Counted from the stretch's first letter, positions 47,384 to 60,788 are shown. The stretch is 64,000 nucleotides of DNA from Gekko japonicus (GCF_001447785.1 NW_015169792.1:529564-593563), one strand, 5' to 3'. Program-made: numbers and translations. The notes: a model not told the origin generated them from the sequence alone.

Positions 47384-50131
47384 TCTACATTCTTCAGACA
47401 TCCCATGGAACACCTTCCCCTTCTGTTTGGTGGAGTCTGCAAGTTCTGCAGCAAGTCACAACTGTTACAAGGGTGTCTATCAGCCCAAACTTATCACCAG
47501 ATCAGTCACTGCTATTATTTCATTGATATCTGTGGAAGAAAATAGAATCTGAGAGCTAACAACATTCTAGCTAACTCATTGCCGACACTAGCTGTTTCGT
47601 CTTGATTACTATGAAACCCAAGCAAATGAAGTTTCCAGTCTTATCCTTCATGTTTCACATTGTTCTGCGAAATGAACATTTTGCTGTTTCAGGCCTCGCA
47701 TATGTATAGAGAAAGGGAAGTTTGTTTTCACTGTTCTGGTATCAGCAGGGAAACACAACCATTACTGGGGGGGGGAGAAACAGGAACCCCCACATCTGAC
47801 AGCAGTGAAGAATCTTGGTTTCATAGGCTGCACACTTGGCTAGTGCTTTTTATGGGCCAACAGCTGTGTGACTCATTTATGTGTGGAAAGGGTTGTATAC
47901 GCGAGTGTTTGCCTGCCTCGGCCCTAAGAGGGCTGGTGTAAATAGGAAATGATGAGGAAAATCAATTCAGAGCAAACACATTTTTTTCAAGGTTGAAACA
48001 GGAAGAGATAGGAAACCCAGGAAGATACTTGATAGATATTCAGCTCCGTAAGAGAAGAGGAAGGAGGCATGTTGAAGCACCAGGGTGGTTATTTTGAGTT
48101 GCCGAACGGAAACGGGATACAGCACAGAAAGGATGCAGATAGGATGCCTCAGGTTGCATAGCAACCACCAGGGAACAGAAGCTTCTGTGCAAAACTGAAG
48201 ACCATCTGTGGGCATGAGAGAGGCAGAGAAGAACCCAAGGTTAAAGGGGGAAATTAAGAGGACACAGAAGGACATTGCCATGCCATCCACGATCACCTAC
48301 TGCCCTACTGCAAGGATAACTTTAAGGTTCTGCTCTCTGCTGTTTTGATTTTGTTTCCCCCTCGTGCAACTCAAATGGTGATTCTCGATTCTTGTGCCCT
48401 TTTGTATTTCCTCCTGCCAAAATTTTCCCCATAAAATGTACTCATTATCGCGTTCTTCATGCATCAATAAATCAACATTGTATGAAATCTATAAATAATG
48501 TGTAAAATATGCAACACATGTTCACAATAGACAAGCTGATACCAGAAAGCTGAAAACTAAAATCACAGACAAAAAAATATGACTATAAAGAAATTAAACA
48601 GGGAACATTCATCCCTAATTTGTTGTCAGATTTCTAAGTCAGGAGCCCCAAATATCAACCCACAAAGGAGGCCATTCACTGCATCTCTGCATGATTCATT
48701 GTTCTGACCCTGACTCTGGGTTTGTGGGGATGGGGGAGAGCTATTGTCCTATGTATCTGGGTTCTTATGGTTACTTTCTTTAATCACTCTGATGTAGAGT
48801 CACAGCACACTTTTCTGTCCTCAGAACAGGGTACATGTTTAATCTCTTCACGAGTTTGACCTACCAGTCAGGGAGCCCATCCAGAAAACTGACTCATGCA
48901 AAAAACTAAGAGGTGGGCTCCTTGGGGTTGGAGAGTTCATTCATAAGAAGACTTTTGTGGGTATCTGTGAAGTATGATTCCAGATTTAACTTGGAAAACA
49001 TGTGCCTGAAGAATCAGAGGTTTGGGAAACACTGGTCTAAATTCATGTACTTTACAGCCTGATCTTAAGCATGGTTAGTCAGAAAAAAGTTCAATGGAAC
49101 AGGCCCCCAAGTAAGCACTGCCATGCTTTCCTCAGCCCTATGTAACAAATTCTGTCTGTATTGGTGGGTAGAAACTGAAGCTGAGGGAGAGGACTAAGGG
49201 TATGCCATGGGTTTTGATACCCAAAGGCCTGTGGTTTCTAAGTTCCAAACCCACCACCACAGCGTTCAGCTTATGGGAGTTCTCATATGAAATGGATTTC
49301 TCTAAAATTTATTTTATTTCATCTTCACACTGAATTAAGGTAAGTGGACTGCGTTAAATATTGCTTCTTTTCCTTCAATCTCACATGTTAAAACTCATGG
49401 GAAAAATTTGAAAAGCACATCAAGGACAGCATCAAAAGAGGGCACTCATGCAGTTGTGGATCTGATTGTCTTGAGTCACTCATTGGACTAGTCCTGAAAA
49501 CACTGGTCCTTCCTGCATGTGGCATTTGCTCCACATTTTATCAGCACTCAACCTGGTTCCCATGTCTTGGAATATCTGTTTTCATTGCATTGCCTCAGAT
49601 TCTGGTTTCTGCATTGGCTAGTGTCAGCTAGTCATCTATTTTGCTTTTAACGCTTGTTCCTGCATTGGTATGCAAATTTTCCTGTGTCAGTACTTGCCTT
49701 AGTGGTCATTAGCCACCTGAGCCAAGTAATTCATTGTGAGGTGATAAATACAGAGGGGGAACTGACAGAGGTCAGTGAAGCCATGACAAATTGTCTGCTT
49801 ATTGTTCCCTTCCAATTGGAAGCAAAGGAAGGGAAAGGTGCCACTCAAAACCACATTGAGATACCCCAGGGCAACTCCGTACTGACTGCGAAGTCACCCC
49901 TGAATGGCCATAAATTTATGCAGAAGGTACCATAAAACCTGATGAACAAAGAAAGTGAAAGCGGCATGCAGTGTAGAGGTATATTAACCTCCTGATGTGG
50001 CTGTGGAAAAACTGAGAAAACAGATAGGTGCAGAATCAGCCAGTGCCTTCACTGTCAGTCATTTTCCCTCAGTGGCATAGTCACATTGTCAGATCTGATT
50101 GGCTGTGTAGTGTGATGACATAATTACATTC

Positions 50132-50967
50132 ATATCACAAGATGTCATAGTCCCGTGGTGCACTGCATTGGTCAGGTCACACCTGGAGTATTGTGTGCAG
50201 TTCTGGAGGCCTTATTTCAAAAAAGATGTGGACAAAATGGAGCACATGCAGAGAAGAGTGACGAGGATGATTGGGGGCCTAGAGACCAAGCCCTATGAGG
50301 AAAGGCTGAGGGACTTGGGAATGTTTAGTCCAGAGAAGAGGAGGTTGAGGGGGGACATAATTGCTCTCTTTAAGTATTTAAAGAGCCAGTTTGGTGTAGT
50401 GGTTAAGTGTGTGGACTCTAATCTGGGAGAACCGGGTTTGATTCCCCACTCCTCCACTTGCACCTGCTGATGTGACCTTGGGTCAGTCACAAGCTCTGGC
50501 ACAGCTGTCCTTGAAAAAGAGCAGTTTGTGTCAGAGTTCTCTCAGCCCCACCCACCTCACAGGGTGTCTGTTCTGGGGAGGGGAAGGGAAAGGAGTTTGT
50601 AAGCCGCTCTGAGACTCCAAGTGAAGGGCGGGGTATAAATCCAATCTCTTCTTCTTCTTCTTCTTCTATTTGAAGACTGTCACATTTGAAGGGCAGGGAG
50701 GGGTTCCTGATGGCAGCACGGCTTGAAATAATGGGTTTAATGGCAAGGTACCGGCTGGATATTAGGAAAAACCTTTTTACAGTAAGAGTTGTGCAACAGT
50801 GGAATCAGCTACCTTGGGAGGTGGTGAGCTCCCCATCACTGGCAGTCTTTAAGCAGTGTCTGGACAAACACTTGTCAGGGATGCTCTAGGCTGATCCTGC
50901 ATTCAGCAGGGGGTTGGACTAGATGGCCTGTATGGCCCCTTCCTATTCTGTCATTCTATGATTCTAT
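50132..50967 (+). mobile_element. CR1 3' end (second subfamily) interrupted by a SINE
   Basis: [21 protein letters not shown], resuming with ..RYRLDIRKN..LDKHLSGML; tail ATTCTATGATTCTATG. Confidence 0.92.
50382..50667 (+). mobile_element. Squam3-like SINE
   Basis: Full head and (CTT)n tail; flanks TATTTAAAG / TATTTGAAG. Confidence 0.9.
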
Positions 50968-51767
50968 GTGATCCCAGCAAACTGGCTTCACATTAGGATA
51001 ATTTTAAAAGGCCTAACCAGAAAAAAGGGTGTGAAAATTTGAAGAGAGGGAGATAGCAGCTAACCCTCCAGCCCCAAGTGACCATTCATAAAAGGACTGT
51101 TTAGGAAATATTTTGGACTCCCCCAAATTTACATTTGCTGCTAAAAATGAAACAGACAAACAAGACTTAGCCATAATGTATAAAAACCGAATACAATTGA
51201 GTGAAAGACCTAATAGACAAGCTTCACATATACCCCAAGCAACTAGAAATTCTTCGCATTGCATAACCTCTTGACAATCACTAGGGTTGCCAGCTCTGGC
51301 TTGGGCAGGGTTGCCATTGTTGGTCAAAAATAGTCAAAAAACTTAAATACTCAGAGTTTGCAATGGATCTTTGCTTCACTGGAGACATTTCTTTCTGTTT
51401 AAAAAGCTTTATTTCTAAGGGTAAAAGGTACACAGGAAACCTACAAAATAACATACATATCTTAGAGCTATATTTTCACATCCTACTTCTAGAAAGCATG
51501 GTCACACAACAAGGTACACAACAATGGAGAATCTGCTTCTTCTTGACCCCTAGAAAGGAAGTCACCTGAAACCAGTAACCAATCAATACCATTAACATTT
51601 GAGGGCTTTTCTTGCATTGGCTGTCTGCCAGGTTTCCCTTCCAGGTCAGTCTAAACAATAGTAGAGAAGGTAAACAAGTTAACCCTATAATGGCTGGAAT
51701 CTGAGACCTTGCAACCCATACATTTGCAACTGCCATATCCCCCCAGTCACCTTCAGGGGAAGGGGGG

Positions 51768-52112
51768 TAGGGTTGCCAGATCTGGTTGGGAAGCTCCTGG
51801 AGATTTGGAGATGGATCCTGGGGAGGACAAAAACATTCTTGTCTGGACTCTGGAGATGACTTGTAATTCCAGAGGATCCTCAGGTCCCACCTGGAGGCTG
51901 ACATCCCTAGGACTGAGAAACATCTGGCGATTTGGAGGTGGAGCCTGAGAAAGGTGGGTTTTGGGGAGGGGAGGGACTTCCTTGGGATATGATGCCATAG
52001 AGTCCACCTTCCAAAGCAGCCATTTACTCCAACTGAACTGATCTCTGTCATCTAGAGATCAGTTGTAAATTCCAGGACATCTCCAGCCATCACCTGGAGG
52101 CTGACAACCCTA
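51768..52112. mobile_element. Compound hAT MITE (TAGGGTTGCCA family, partially duplicated)
   Basis: TAGGGTTGCCAGA start; two right ends, GCTGACATCCCTA and GCTGACAACCCTA. Confidence 0.75.
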
Positions 52113-53035
52113 ACAATCACCTATGTTTTTAATTTTAATTTATTTTCATTCCTTTTCTTTCTGATTATTAAACCTGTCTATTTACCACAATATCCTAAGC
52201 AGCATTACACTTTCTATGTCCGCTGAAGTTGATGGGTAAAGAACACAGTAACTCAGTACTATACTGTTAGTTTCTGTTTCCGTAGGCTTCAATGAAAAAT
52301 ATATCATGGCTGTCACTCCCCCACCTCCCCCCACTAATTGAAACAGAAATTCCTCATCCAACTAATTGAAAAATGTCATTCTCGGAGATCGTAGCATTTT
52401 ACTTTAAAAGTGCTACTATTGGCACTACTGTAGAAACTCATTGTAAATGCTCCTCAGTGACTCCAAGTGCACCATGTTCAGGGCTGAAAACAGAAAAGTG
52501 AATACATTTATGGGGCAAAGTCATGCAGGTTCAAATCAAATGCGGTGACACAAAGATGGCAAGGAAGTGAAAAACAGGATGAATCTTCAGGATACAAAAG
52601 CATCCTTTAGGAAAGAGAAAAAGCCAAGGAAGCATGTGACTCACTGGTCTTTAAACTGTGTTTAAAGAAACGTTTCTCCAGAGGTTTTCCAGGAATCAGC
52701 TGCCTGGCCACAAACTTTTCCCTCTCCTAAATATTCTTTTAACTAAAATAACATTGCTTTGATAAGATTTCAACAATCGAACAATATGTTTATTGGGGGG
52801 GGGATTTGTTCAAAGGTGCAGTCCTAAAAACAATGTTTCCGAGCGTGCGAGAGACAATTAAGCTCATAAACAATGCCTATACTTGTTGAATGAAAAGGAG
52901 AAAATAACAGATTCTCAGAGCCAAATTGCTTCAACCGTGCGATAAAAGAAACCTGGCTTGTTTAGAAACACAGAAAGTATGGTGGTTATCACATTCTGGA
53001 ATCCTTATGTGGCTGTCAAAGATTAATTTCATCTT

Positions 53036-53245
53036 GCCCTGACCTGGATAGCCCAGGCAAGCCCAGTCTCCTCAGATATTGGAAGCTAAGCAGGGCTGAC
53101 CATGGCAAGTTTTTGTATGGGAGACCTCCAGAGAATACCGAGGCCAGAGGCAGGTGATCAAGCCACTTCTCTGAATGTCCTCTGTGCCCAGTGGGAGTCA
53201 CCAGAAGTCGCCATGACTTCCAGGCATGGGCACACACACACACAC
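53036..53245 (+). mobile_element. 5S rRNA-derived SINE with RTE-like tail
   Basis: GCCCAGTCTCCTCAGATATTGGAAGCTAAGCAGGG..TGGGAGACC..GAATACC resembles the 5S internal control region; tail GTCGCCATGACTT..(CA)n. Confidence 0.8.
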
Positions 53246-54884
53246 AACAGCTCATTGCTGTTCTTTAAATGTCCATTTCTGAATCTTTGCTTCTCAGTCT
53301 GTGAAACATTTGTAACTATTGCTCCTTCCTGTAGTGTGTTGTTTGGTAGGCATACAACAGGTGTGAGATGAGGGTGGTGTAATGGTGGTGGCTGCCGCTG
53401 CTGTCCTAAAATGCCTCCCTAAAGTGAGGGGATACAATTCAGTTCCCCTCTATAGTACCTAGAAGGAATGGATGTTTTCTGAGGTGGGCTGCCTACCATC
53501 TGGTAATGCAAGTTCCTCAAAAACAAACCTTCCCAGTTTTATTGCTTTTCAGATTATATCTCTTCCCCACATTCAGGACAAGAATGTTTGCAGACAGATT
53601 CACAGAAGCATGGAATATTTTTTATTGAAGACTAGTCATACACAACAGTGACAAATCAAGATTCACACAGTCAGAGAAGTGTTGTGGGTTTCAAAGGATG
53701 TGGAGTCAAAAAGGAACCCTTGTCAACGGGAGATCTACTGAAACCCTCTTGAGTCCCAAATTCAATCTTGCTATTTTTTTTCCTCATAACAAGTTGCCCA
53801 CACCTTCCTCATACCTTCCCTCCCCCTTCCCTTTACTTATAAAACCATTTCAAATGAGCATACAGCTAAGCAGTCATTTTCAGAGCCATCCAGTATGTAA
53901 TTGTTGAGGAGATAACTATAATAACTGTCCTAGCAAATTTATGGCTGTATATTGCACGGCTTGGAATGGCTCATAGTTACATTAACCGTGTTCCCTCTGA
54001 TTGTTTTCTTCATCGGACTGTAACGCGTGAGCAAGGGGCAAACCTTATCAGCCAGATAAGTGACACATGCTGTGTCATGGTCTCCTACAGTTGTCATTTT
54101 TCTGCCTTTCCTACAACAAAAGCTGGGCTCCATTGTAATGGCAAAGGCAGCCTAGACAAACAAGTGAGGTTGGGTGTAAGCTACAATGCTTGATGGAGCA
54201 GATAGATGAGGGGGAACCAGCAGAAACTCAAAACTGGAACTAATTTCAGTCGAATGTAAATAAAACGTCATGTAGAGCCACCTTAAAGAATAAAAAAGTT
54301 TTATTCCAGCATCTGTTTTTATGGACCTGTTTTGTCTGTCTACTTTGTCAGATGCACTTTAACATGGAAGCTTGATGGATGATCTTGGGCTCAGCCTACC
54401 TCACAGGGTCATGATGATAAAATGGAGAAAATTATTTAAACTGGTTTGGGGCCCCATCGGGGAGAAGAACAAGGCATGAATGAATGAATGAAGTGGCTCC
54501 TCACTTCACAGTCTGCAGAGAAAAATAAACAGCAAGGTCAAGGAACCATAAAATGTAGAAAGGACACAGGGAAATGTAATTATGTAAAAAAATCAGATAT
54601 AATCAAGAAAACTAGAGAAATCATTCACAATAGCAGCCATTGGATAGTAAGTGGCTAGTAATAGGGGGTTGGATCCAACTAGCTTTTCCCGTGATTAAAA
54701 GGTTCAAAGTGTTCCCTCTGACAACCAAAAAGGTTATGCTGGTCTCATGGGACCTGTGTGGACAAACACTGTGTAATTCAGGAGCTGTAGCAAGGATAGG
54801 AGTTGGGCAAGACTGAGTGGAAAAGCCGGTTAGATCCACCCCAATAATTTCTCCAGTTTTGCTAAACTAGTGAATATTTGTACA

Positions 54885-54969
54885 ATGCAGTCCTAAACAG
54901 ATTTATACCCTCTAAGCCCATTGACTTCAGTGGATCTGGAAGGGTGTAATTCTGTTTAGGATTGAACTG
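54885..54969. mobile_element. Short palindromic MITE (related copies near 4800, 29600, 52200 and 55125)
   Basis: CAGTCCTAAACAGATTTATACCC..GGGTGTAATTCTGTTTAGGATTG with a central CCATTGACTTCAGTGG. Confidence 0.65.
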
Positions 54970-55247
54970 ATAGTGGCTAAGGACAGGTATCACTGTCATA
55001 CCAGCAAGCTTTGCACTGAGCCGCCCAGACAACAGACACTGCTTATAGATTGTACTGACTTCAGACTTTAAATGTGGTATTGCATGTCTGAATGCTCCCC
55101 TTTACAAACAAGAAAGACTAACAGCACAATCTTAAACAGAGTTATGACAGTCTGAATTGAATGGGCATTTAAGGGTGTAGCTCTGCTTAGAATTACACTG
55201 CTAGGCCACTGGCATATCAAGGCTAGGCCAGAACTTGTGTCCCGGTT

Positions 55248-55286
55248 GTTGTTATGGTTCAGTCGCACAGCTGAGTCCGACTCTTC
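55248..55286 (-). mobile_element. 39-bp Bov-B/RTE 3' terminus with an 11-bp TSD
   Basis: Reverse complement GAAGAGTCGGACTCAGCTGTGCGACTGAACCATAACAAC; TSD GTGTCCCGGTT at 55237-55247 and 55287-55297. Confidence 0.75.
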
Positions 55287-57482
55287 GTGTCCCGGTTACC
55301 TGTATGCAAGGTTTAGATGTAAGAATGGTCAGCCATGTTATTCCTGCTCTTGCAGTCTGAAGCCGCCCAGTCCATGAATTGTTGTTTCTGTTGACTAGAA
55401 CAAAGTTTGCCTCACTGCTGTAACTGGCATGACAAGACAACCATACAGCTCCAGTCAGTGCTAGTCATGGGGTTTTTTCCTGATCAACTTACTTCATCCA
55501 GTGTTTGATCTTGTCTTACACATCACTTGTAATCTCTGGCCTTTGGACTGCAACCATAAAACAAGTGGAGCAGATGAATTGATAGCACATGAAGATATTT
55601 TCGGGAGCATCAGTGAGGCCATACAACTTCAAGCTTTAGTATAGCTTCCAGGAATCGACTGAAGTACTCATGTTTCAAATGAATATGTTTTCCTGCCCAC
55701 TTCATTTTATCTTGTATTGTATCTTATAAATACTTGTGACAGAACTTTAATTGATACTTAATGCCACTTTGGACATGAGGCCAATGAAACAAGAACAGGA
55801 AGCATCAACACCTTATACTTCCTGTTCCTCCACATCATCATAATGTCCCAAACAGATCTTGATATCCTTAAAAGGGAAATGGACAACACCTTAGAGCAAG
55901 AGATGTTTCCAGTGGATAGCTAAGGGTAGTGGTTGCTCTCCCAAAATGTATCCTTAAACTTTTTCACTCCCAGGTTCTTAGTCACAGAATGTCAAGCTCT
56001 CGTAACATGGATTAACAGTTGTATTTTTAAAATCCTCTTGAAGGGACCATGTATAAACATTAAATGAAGGAATGGGAAGCCCAAAGTATTTGTGCTTCCT
56101 TTAGCATTAATTCATTATCAAAAGTTACTCTCGACAACAACTGTCTTTTGTTGGATTATGTCCAATGATTTTTCATTAAGTGATAGACTTGCTGGGTGGT
56201 AATGTCTGGCCTGAAGGATGGGTAATAAGGGACTTCAGTTTTTCTATTTTTCCTTTTTCCTTTTTCCTTTTTTTTTTTTTAAAAAAAACCTTCTTTTTGT
56301 AGCTGCATGGCACCCTTAAATTGCAGAGCAGTTCAAAGTAAGGTGTGTCTGATCTGAATAAGTGGTAACACCTGTAAATATATCTGAAATATTAAAAGTG
56401 GAAGTGGCTGGATTTCCAGCTGTGCAAACAAGTATAATCTGATCTGATTGGCATGAGGTTGGTAGGATGTTTTTTTTAAAAAAACAAAACCACAATTCTT
56501 AAACCCTAACCTTTGAGCAGGATTCCATATCTTGTACCATATGGGCAATTTCCACAGCTAAAGTGTAGCACTCCTGATACTTTGCAGGCTCTTGCTGGTC
56601 AGAAAATGAAAACTTCTTTCTGTAGGGATAACTATTTAGATGAATACTTTATTACATGAACTGTGTCTCAAAAAAGACCCCACAGCAGTAAACTTCAAAT
56701 TCTTCCAGACCATGTACTTACAACAGGGGGAACCTCAGGAGCCCTGGGTGAACCTGTGCTTGGTTTGGGGAAACAAATTGCTGCTAAATAGCAAGTAACC
56801 CAATTGCTGTTAATGCAGGTTCCTGACAAATAAGGATTCCTACCCTCGGTAGTGGCAGCATTTCCATGGGAAGATGGCCAGGCGCATATCACAGCCACCT
56901 AGTAGATGGAACCTAAATCCATGTTCATGAGGCTGAGCTGTCTCTGCAAATGATCAGCACTAGCAAACCTCATTGTGTCCATTGGAGGGAAGCTTTGAGA
57001 CACAGCCATGCAACAACTGTCCTCTTGTCACAATATTACAATCAGTTGTGTCTGTGTAAAGTCCTGAGTGGCAAGTTGCTGTTGACTTACGGTAGGATTT
57101 TCAAGGCAGGAGACATTCAGGTTGCGGTCACACGTGCCAGAAAAAGGGGGGGGCGAGGCTATTTCCTCCAGAGAAATGTGAGCCACAGGTGCACGATCAC
57201 ACCTCCCTTTGAAGCTGCGGGCGCAGTCTGTCAGTGTGTGATCAGACGCAACTGCGGGTGAGTGGGGGGGTTGTGCCATCCCCCCCCCATGTGCTTAAAC
57301 TAGCAATTGATGAATTGCACCTCTGCACCGAGGGCTCCCTATGGAGTTTGTGATGATGCATATACTGCAAGGGGGGGGGACAATAGCACAGAGTTGGGAT
57401 GGCCTGATCAGACCATCCCGATGCCATGAGAGCGTGCTGGAGCAATCAGACATGGGAAAGTCCATCCATGGCCCGTCGCAAC

Positions 57483-58216
57483 TAGGGATGGCCCATTCGG
57501 ACCCCTTTCGGGCTGCTGCAGGCTGATTCCGATTCTCTGATCTGAATCAGCTTGCCGCCAAATTGCCACCGAATTTAAGCAGCAATTCGGCCCCATTATA
57601 TCCTATGGGCCACTGAAGTCAATGGTGAAAACATAGAGTATATTCTGAAGGCTGGAGGAGAGGGGATTGGAGGGAGAGGCTCCAGACTTGCAGGGTAGCT
57701 GCTGGAGCATCTCCCCAAGATACCAACCAAGTGTGAAGAACATTGGACCAGGGGGTCCAATTCTACGGGCCTCCAAACAGGTTGCCCCTATCCCCTCCAT
57801 TGTTCTCTATGGTGGGGAAAAAGTAACTTTTTTCCCCACCATAGAGAACAATAGAGGGGATAGGAGCAACCTGTTAGAGGGACCGTAGAATTGGACCCCC
57901 TGGTCCAATGCTCTTGAAACTTGGTCGGTATTTTGGGGAGAGGCTCCAGCAACTACCCTGCGAGTTTGGAGTCTCTCCCTCAAGCCCCCTCCCCTCCAGC
58001 CCCCAGAATATACCCTATGTTTTCACCATTGACTTCAGTGGCCCATAGGATATAATGGGGCTGAAATTGACATTCAACTGGTGGAAAGACTCCCGAATTG
58101 GCTCCTACTGAGGAAACTGACCTGCGGGAGTCTTACTGCCAGCCAAAATTGATTCTACCCCATTCGGCCATATCCGAATGGGCTGAATTATTATTATTAT
58201 TATTTGCACACCCCTA
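57483..58216. mobile_element. 734-bp hAT element with a ~470-bp internal palindrome, nested in a Harbinger-like element (about 57120-58310)
   Basis: TAGGGATG / CACCCCTA termini; TSD GTCGCAAC / GTCACAAC; palindrome centred near 57825. Confidence 0.85.
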
Positions 58217-58371
58217 GTCACAACCCGTTTAATACCGGATTTTCTATGGTGGAGCAGAACAGGTTGCCGACAACTGCGGGGCGCTTCCCAGATGTTTTCT
58301 GATCATGCCCTTTAAATCTGCCCAGCATTCACCTTAGAGTTAGTTTGCTATTAACTTCCTCTGCACAGTGA

Positions 58372-58477
58372 TCCTGGAATTCCTTGGTGGTCTCCCATCC
58401 AAGTGCTAACCTGGGCCAACCTGGTTAAGCTTCCAAGATCTGATGAGACTGTGCTAGCTTGGGCCATCCAGGTCAGG
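58372..58477 (-). mobile_element. 5S-derived SINE head
   Basis: GGTCTCCCATCCAAGTGCTAACC..AGCTTCCAAGATCTGATGAGA. Confidence 0.7.
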
Positions 58478-59199
58478 ACACAATCCCTTGTACTGGGAAC
58501 CTATCCACTGGGCATAAAGGGAGGGCATGTTACCCACATTTCTCCCAATACGCTCAGTCACCGTGCTGTGTGAACAGGGACAATTCCCATATTTACCACG
58601 TGTGTACAGCTGCAGTACATGTGAACATGAATTCTGAAAATTCCAGTGCTCGTTTTGCACATATCAAAGCTGTTGCCCCTGTTCATACAACTTAACAACT
58701 ATGTGTACTGGGAGGCTTATGGATAGCATGCACTCCTATTACATGTGGCTGGTAAGCTCCCACTGCTTATCATTGCAATGCCTTAAAAGAGCCCTGTGGG
58801 CTCTCTAGCTCACCACCTGACCACCTGCTCCTTTACATTTCACCCAGACCTCTGAGACCAGTCAAGATACCCTCTTGGTGAGAGTTAATGTACTAAGCCA
58901 AAATACCAAGATCATGGAGAAGAACGATTGTGCCTGATAACAGTGGTCAATCCATGTTGGCTTTTAGCAGTTCTGCCACTTGTCGAAATGGTTGGCTGGC
59001 TGCTGGTGCTACTGGAGAAGTACCATCGAATTGCAGCTAAGAGTGTGAGCCAGGAAGTCTTGGGTTCAAATGTTACCTGCATGCTCTTTGGCAAACCACA
59101 TTGCTTCATTGACAGTGTGAGGGTAGTAACTGTAGCCTACCTGGCAGGACTGTAATGAAGACTGATGACTGTTGCCGCCATCTCTAAGTATTAATTACA

Positions 59200-59352
59200 A
59201 CTAGCTAGCACTTTATGATATCAGATTGTTTATATGGTTTTACCTATGTTATAATTGTTTTTATGTTTTATCCTTTGTAAGCCGCCCTGAGCCTGATTTG
59301 GCAGGGAGGGAGGGATAAAAATCAAATAAATAAATTAAATAAATAAATAAAA
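59200..59352 (+). mobile_element. L2 3' tail
   Basis: TGTAAGCCGCCCTGAGCC..GGGAGGG..(AAAT)n. Confidence 0.7.
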
Positions 59353-59941
59353 TGTTTGTTTTATACCAATCTAAATGTGATGACACTCAAGCATTTGCTT
59401 CCTTTCCCTTTCTCAAGCAGGCATGTAGACTATGGTCCATTTGGGCAGCTTGTTCTGTATGTAGCATCGGCTGTTTTTGGTTGTCCCATGCTGACTTTTG
59501 CCCACATTGTTCTGTGCAGAGCCAGCAGTGCTGGCCTACATATGAGAATGCTGATGTGAACATAAACATGAATTGCTCCCTAGTCTGATGAGAGAATGAG
59601 AAGTTTAGCTAGTAATAACAGGACCTTCTTGGTGGTAGCACCAAGGCTTGAGAACTACTTTGCTCTTCCCAGGATATATATTTGATCAATTTTAGCTACA
59701 GAAAGTGAGTGAAGACCAGCTAATGGTGAAAATGGAGGAATTGTTTTCTTATTGGCTGATTTCCATTTTTGGTAGATGCTGGGTTTTGGATTATTGTGAT
59801 ATTTTTCCCTTTTACTCTGATGAATGTTGTCCTGAGAAATGGTATTATTTAGTACTGTATCTGGGACCATCATACCTGAGGGACCTCCTGTCCCTTTATG
59901 ACCCCCCTTGGTGACTGCAGTCATCGTGATTTAATTTTAAC

Positions 59942-60418
59942 CCGTTGGACCAGAACCAATGGGTTAATATTAAGTCAGAAGAATTTTCAGCTAAACATTA
60001 TGAAGAATTTCCTGACAGAGTAGTTCCTCAGTGGAACAGGCTTCCTTGGGAGGTGGTGGGCTCTCCTTCTTTGGAGGTTTTCAAACAGAGGCTAGACGGC
60101 CATCTGACAGCAATGCGTATTCTGTGAATTTAGGCAGATCATGAGAGGGAGGGCAGGAAGGGTTGCCTGAGTGCTTAGGTCTTGAGGCCCTTTCTTACAA
60201 GCCCAGGGAAATGCTGATCACCACTTTGGGGTCAGGAAGCAATTTTTCTGCAGGCCAGTTTGGCCGGGGATCTTGGAGGTTTTTTGTCATCTTCTGGGCA
60301 TGGAACAGCGGTCACTGTGGGTGTGGAGGGGGGGTGGTATTTGTGAATTTCCTGCATTGTTCAGGGGGTTGGACTAGATTACCCTGGAGGTCCCTTCCAA
60401 CTCTATGATTCTATGATT
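59942..60418 (+). mobile_element. CR1 3' end
   Basis: VPQWNRLPWEVVGSPSLEVFKQRLDGHL, 3'UTR and CTATGATTCTATGATT. Confidence 0.92.
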
Positions 60419-60419
60419 A

Positions 60420-60788
60420 TTTCATGGCCTACTGGTGGTGCCAGGCCCTTGGGTTGCATATTTAACATCCACCAGGGTGAGGCCTTTTTCAACTGTAGCC
60501 GTGTCCTGGTAGAATGCCCTCTCAGATGAGACCTAGGCCTAGTGGGACCTCCCTAGGTTCCTCAGGGCCTGTATGGCTGATCTTTTCTGTCAGGCCTTCC
60601 CAGTTAAGTGTATTTGGGGGGCTTAATGCTGGATCCACTGCTATCAGTTGTAAATTGTTTGCTTTTTATACTTTGTATTTTATATGGTTTTAACTATATT
60701 TATTGCCTCTGTTTTTATATCGCTGTGAACCACTCTGAGCCCCACTTTGTGGGGGAGGGGCGGTATATAAATTGAAATAATAAATAAA
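60420..60788 (+). mobile_element. L2 3' end
   Basis: Homologous to 2200-2670; tail GTGAACCACTCTGAGCC..GGGCGGTATATAAAT(AAAT)n. Confidence 0.75.

Noticed and set aside
53055-53140. 5S rRNA gene
   Set aside because: Partial, diverged and fused to a retroposon tail.
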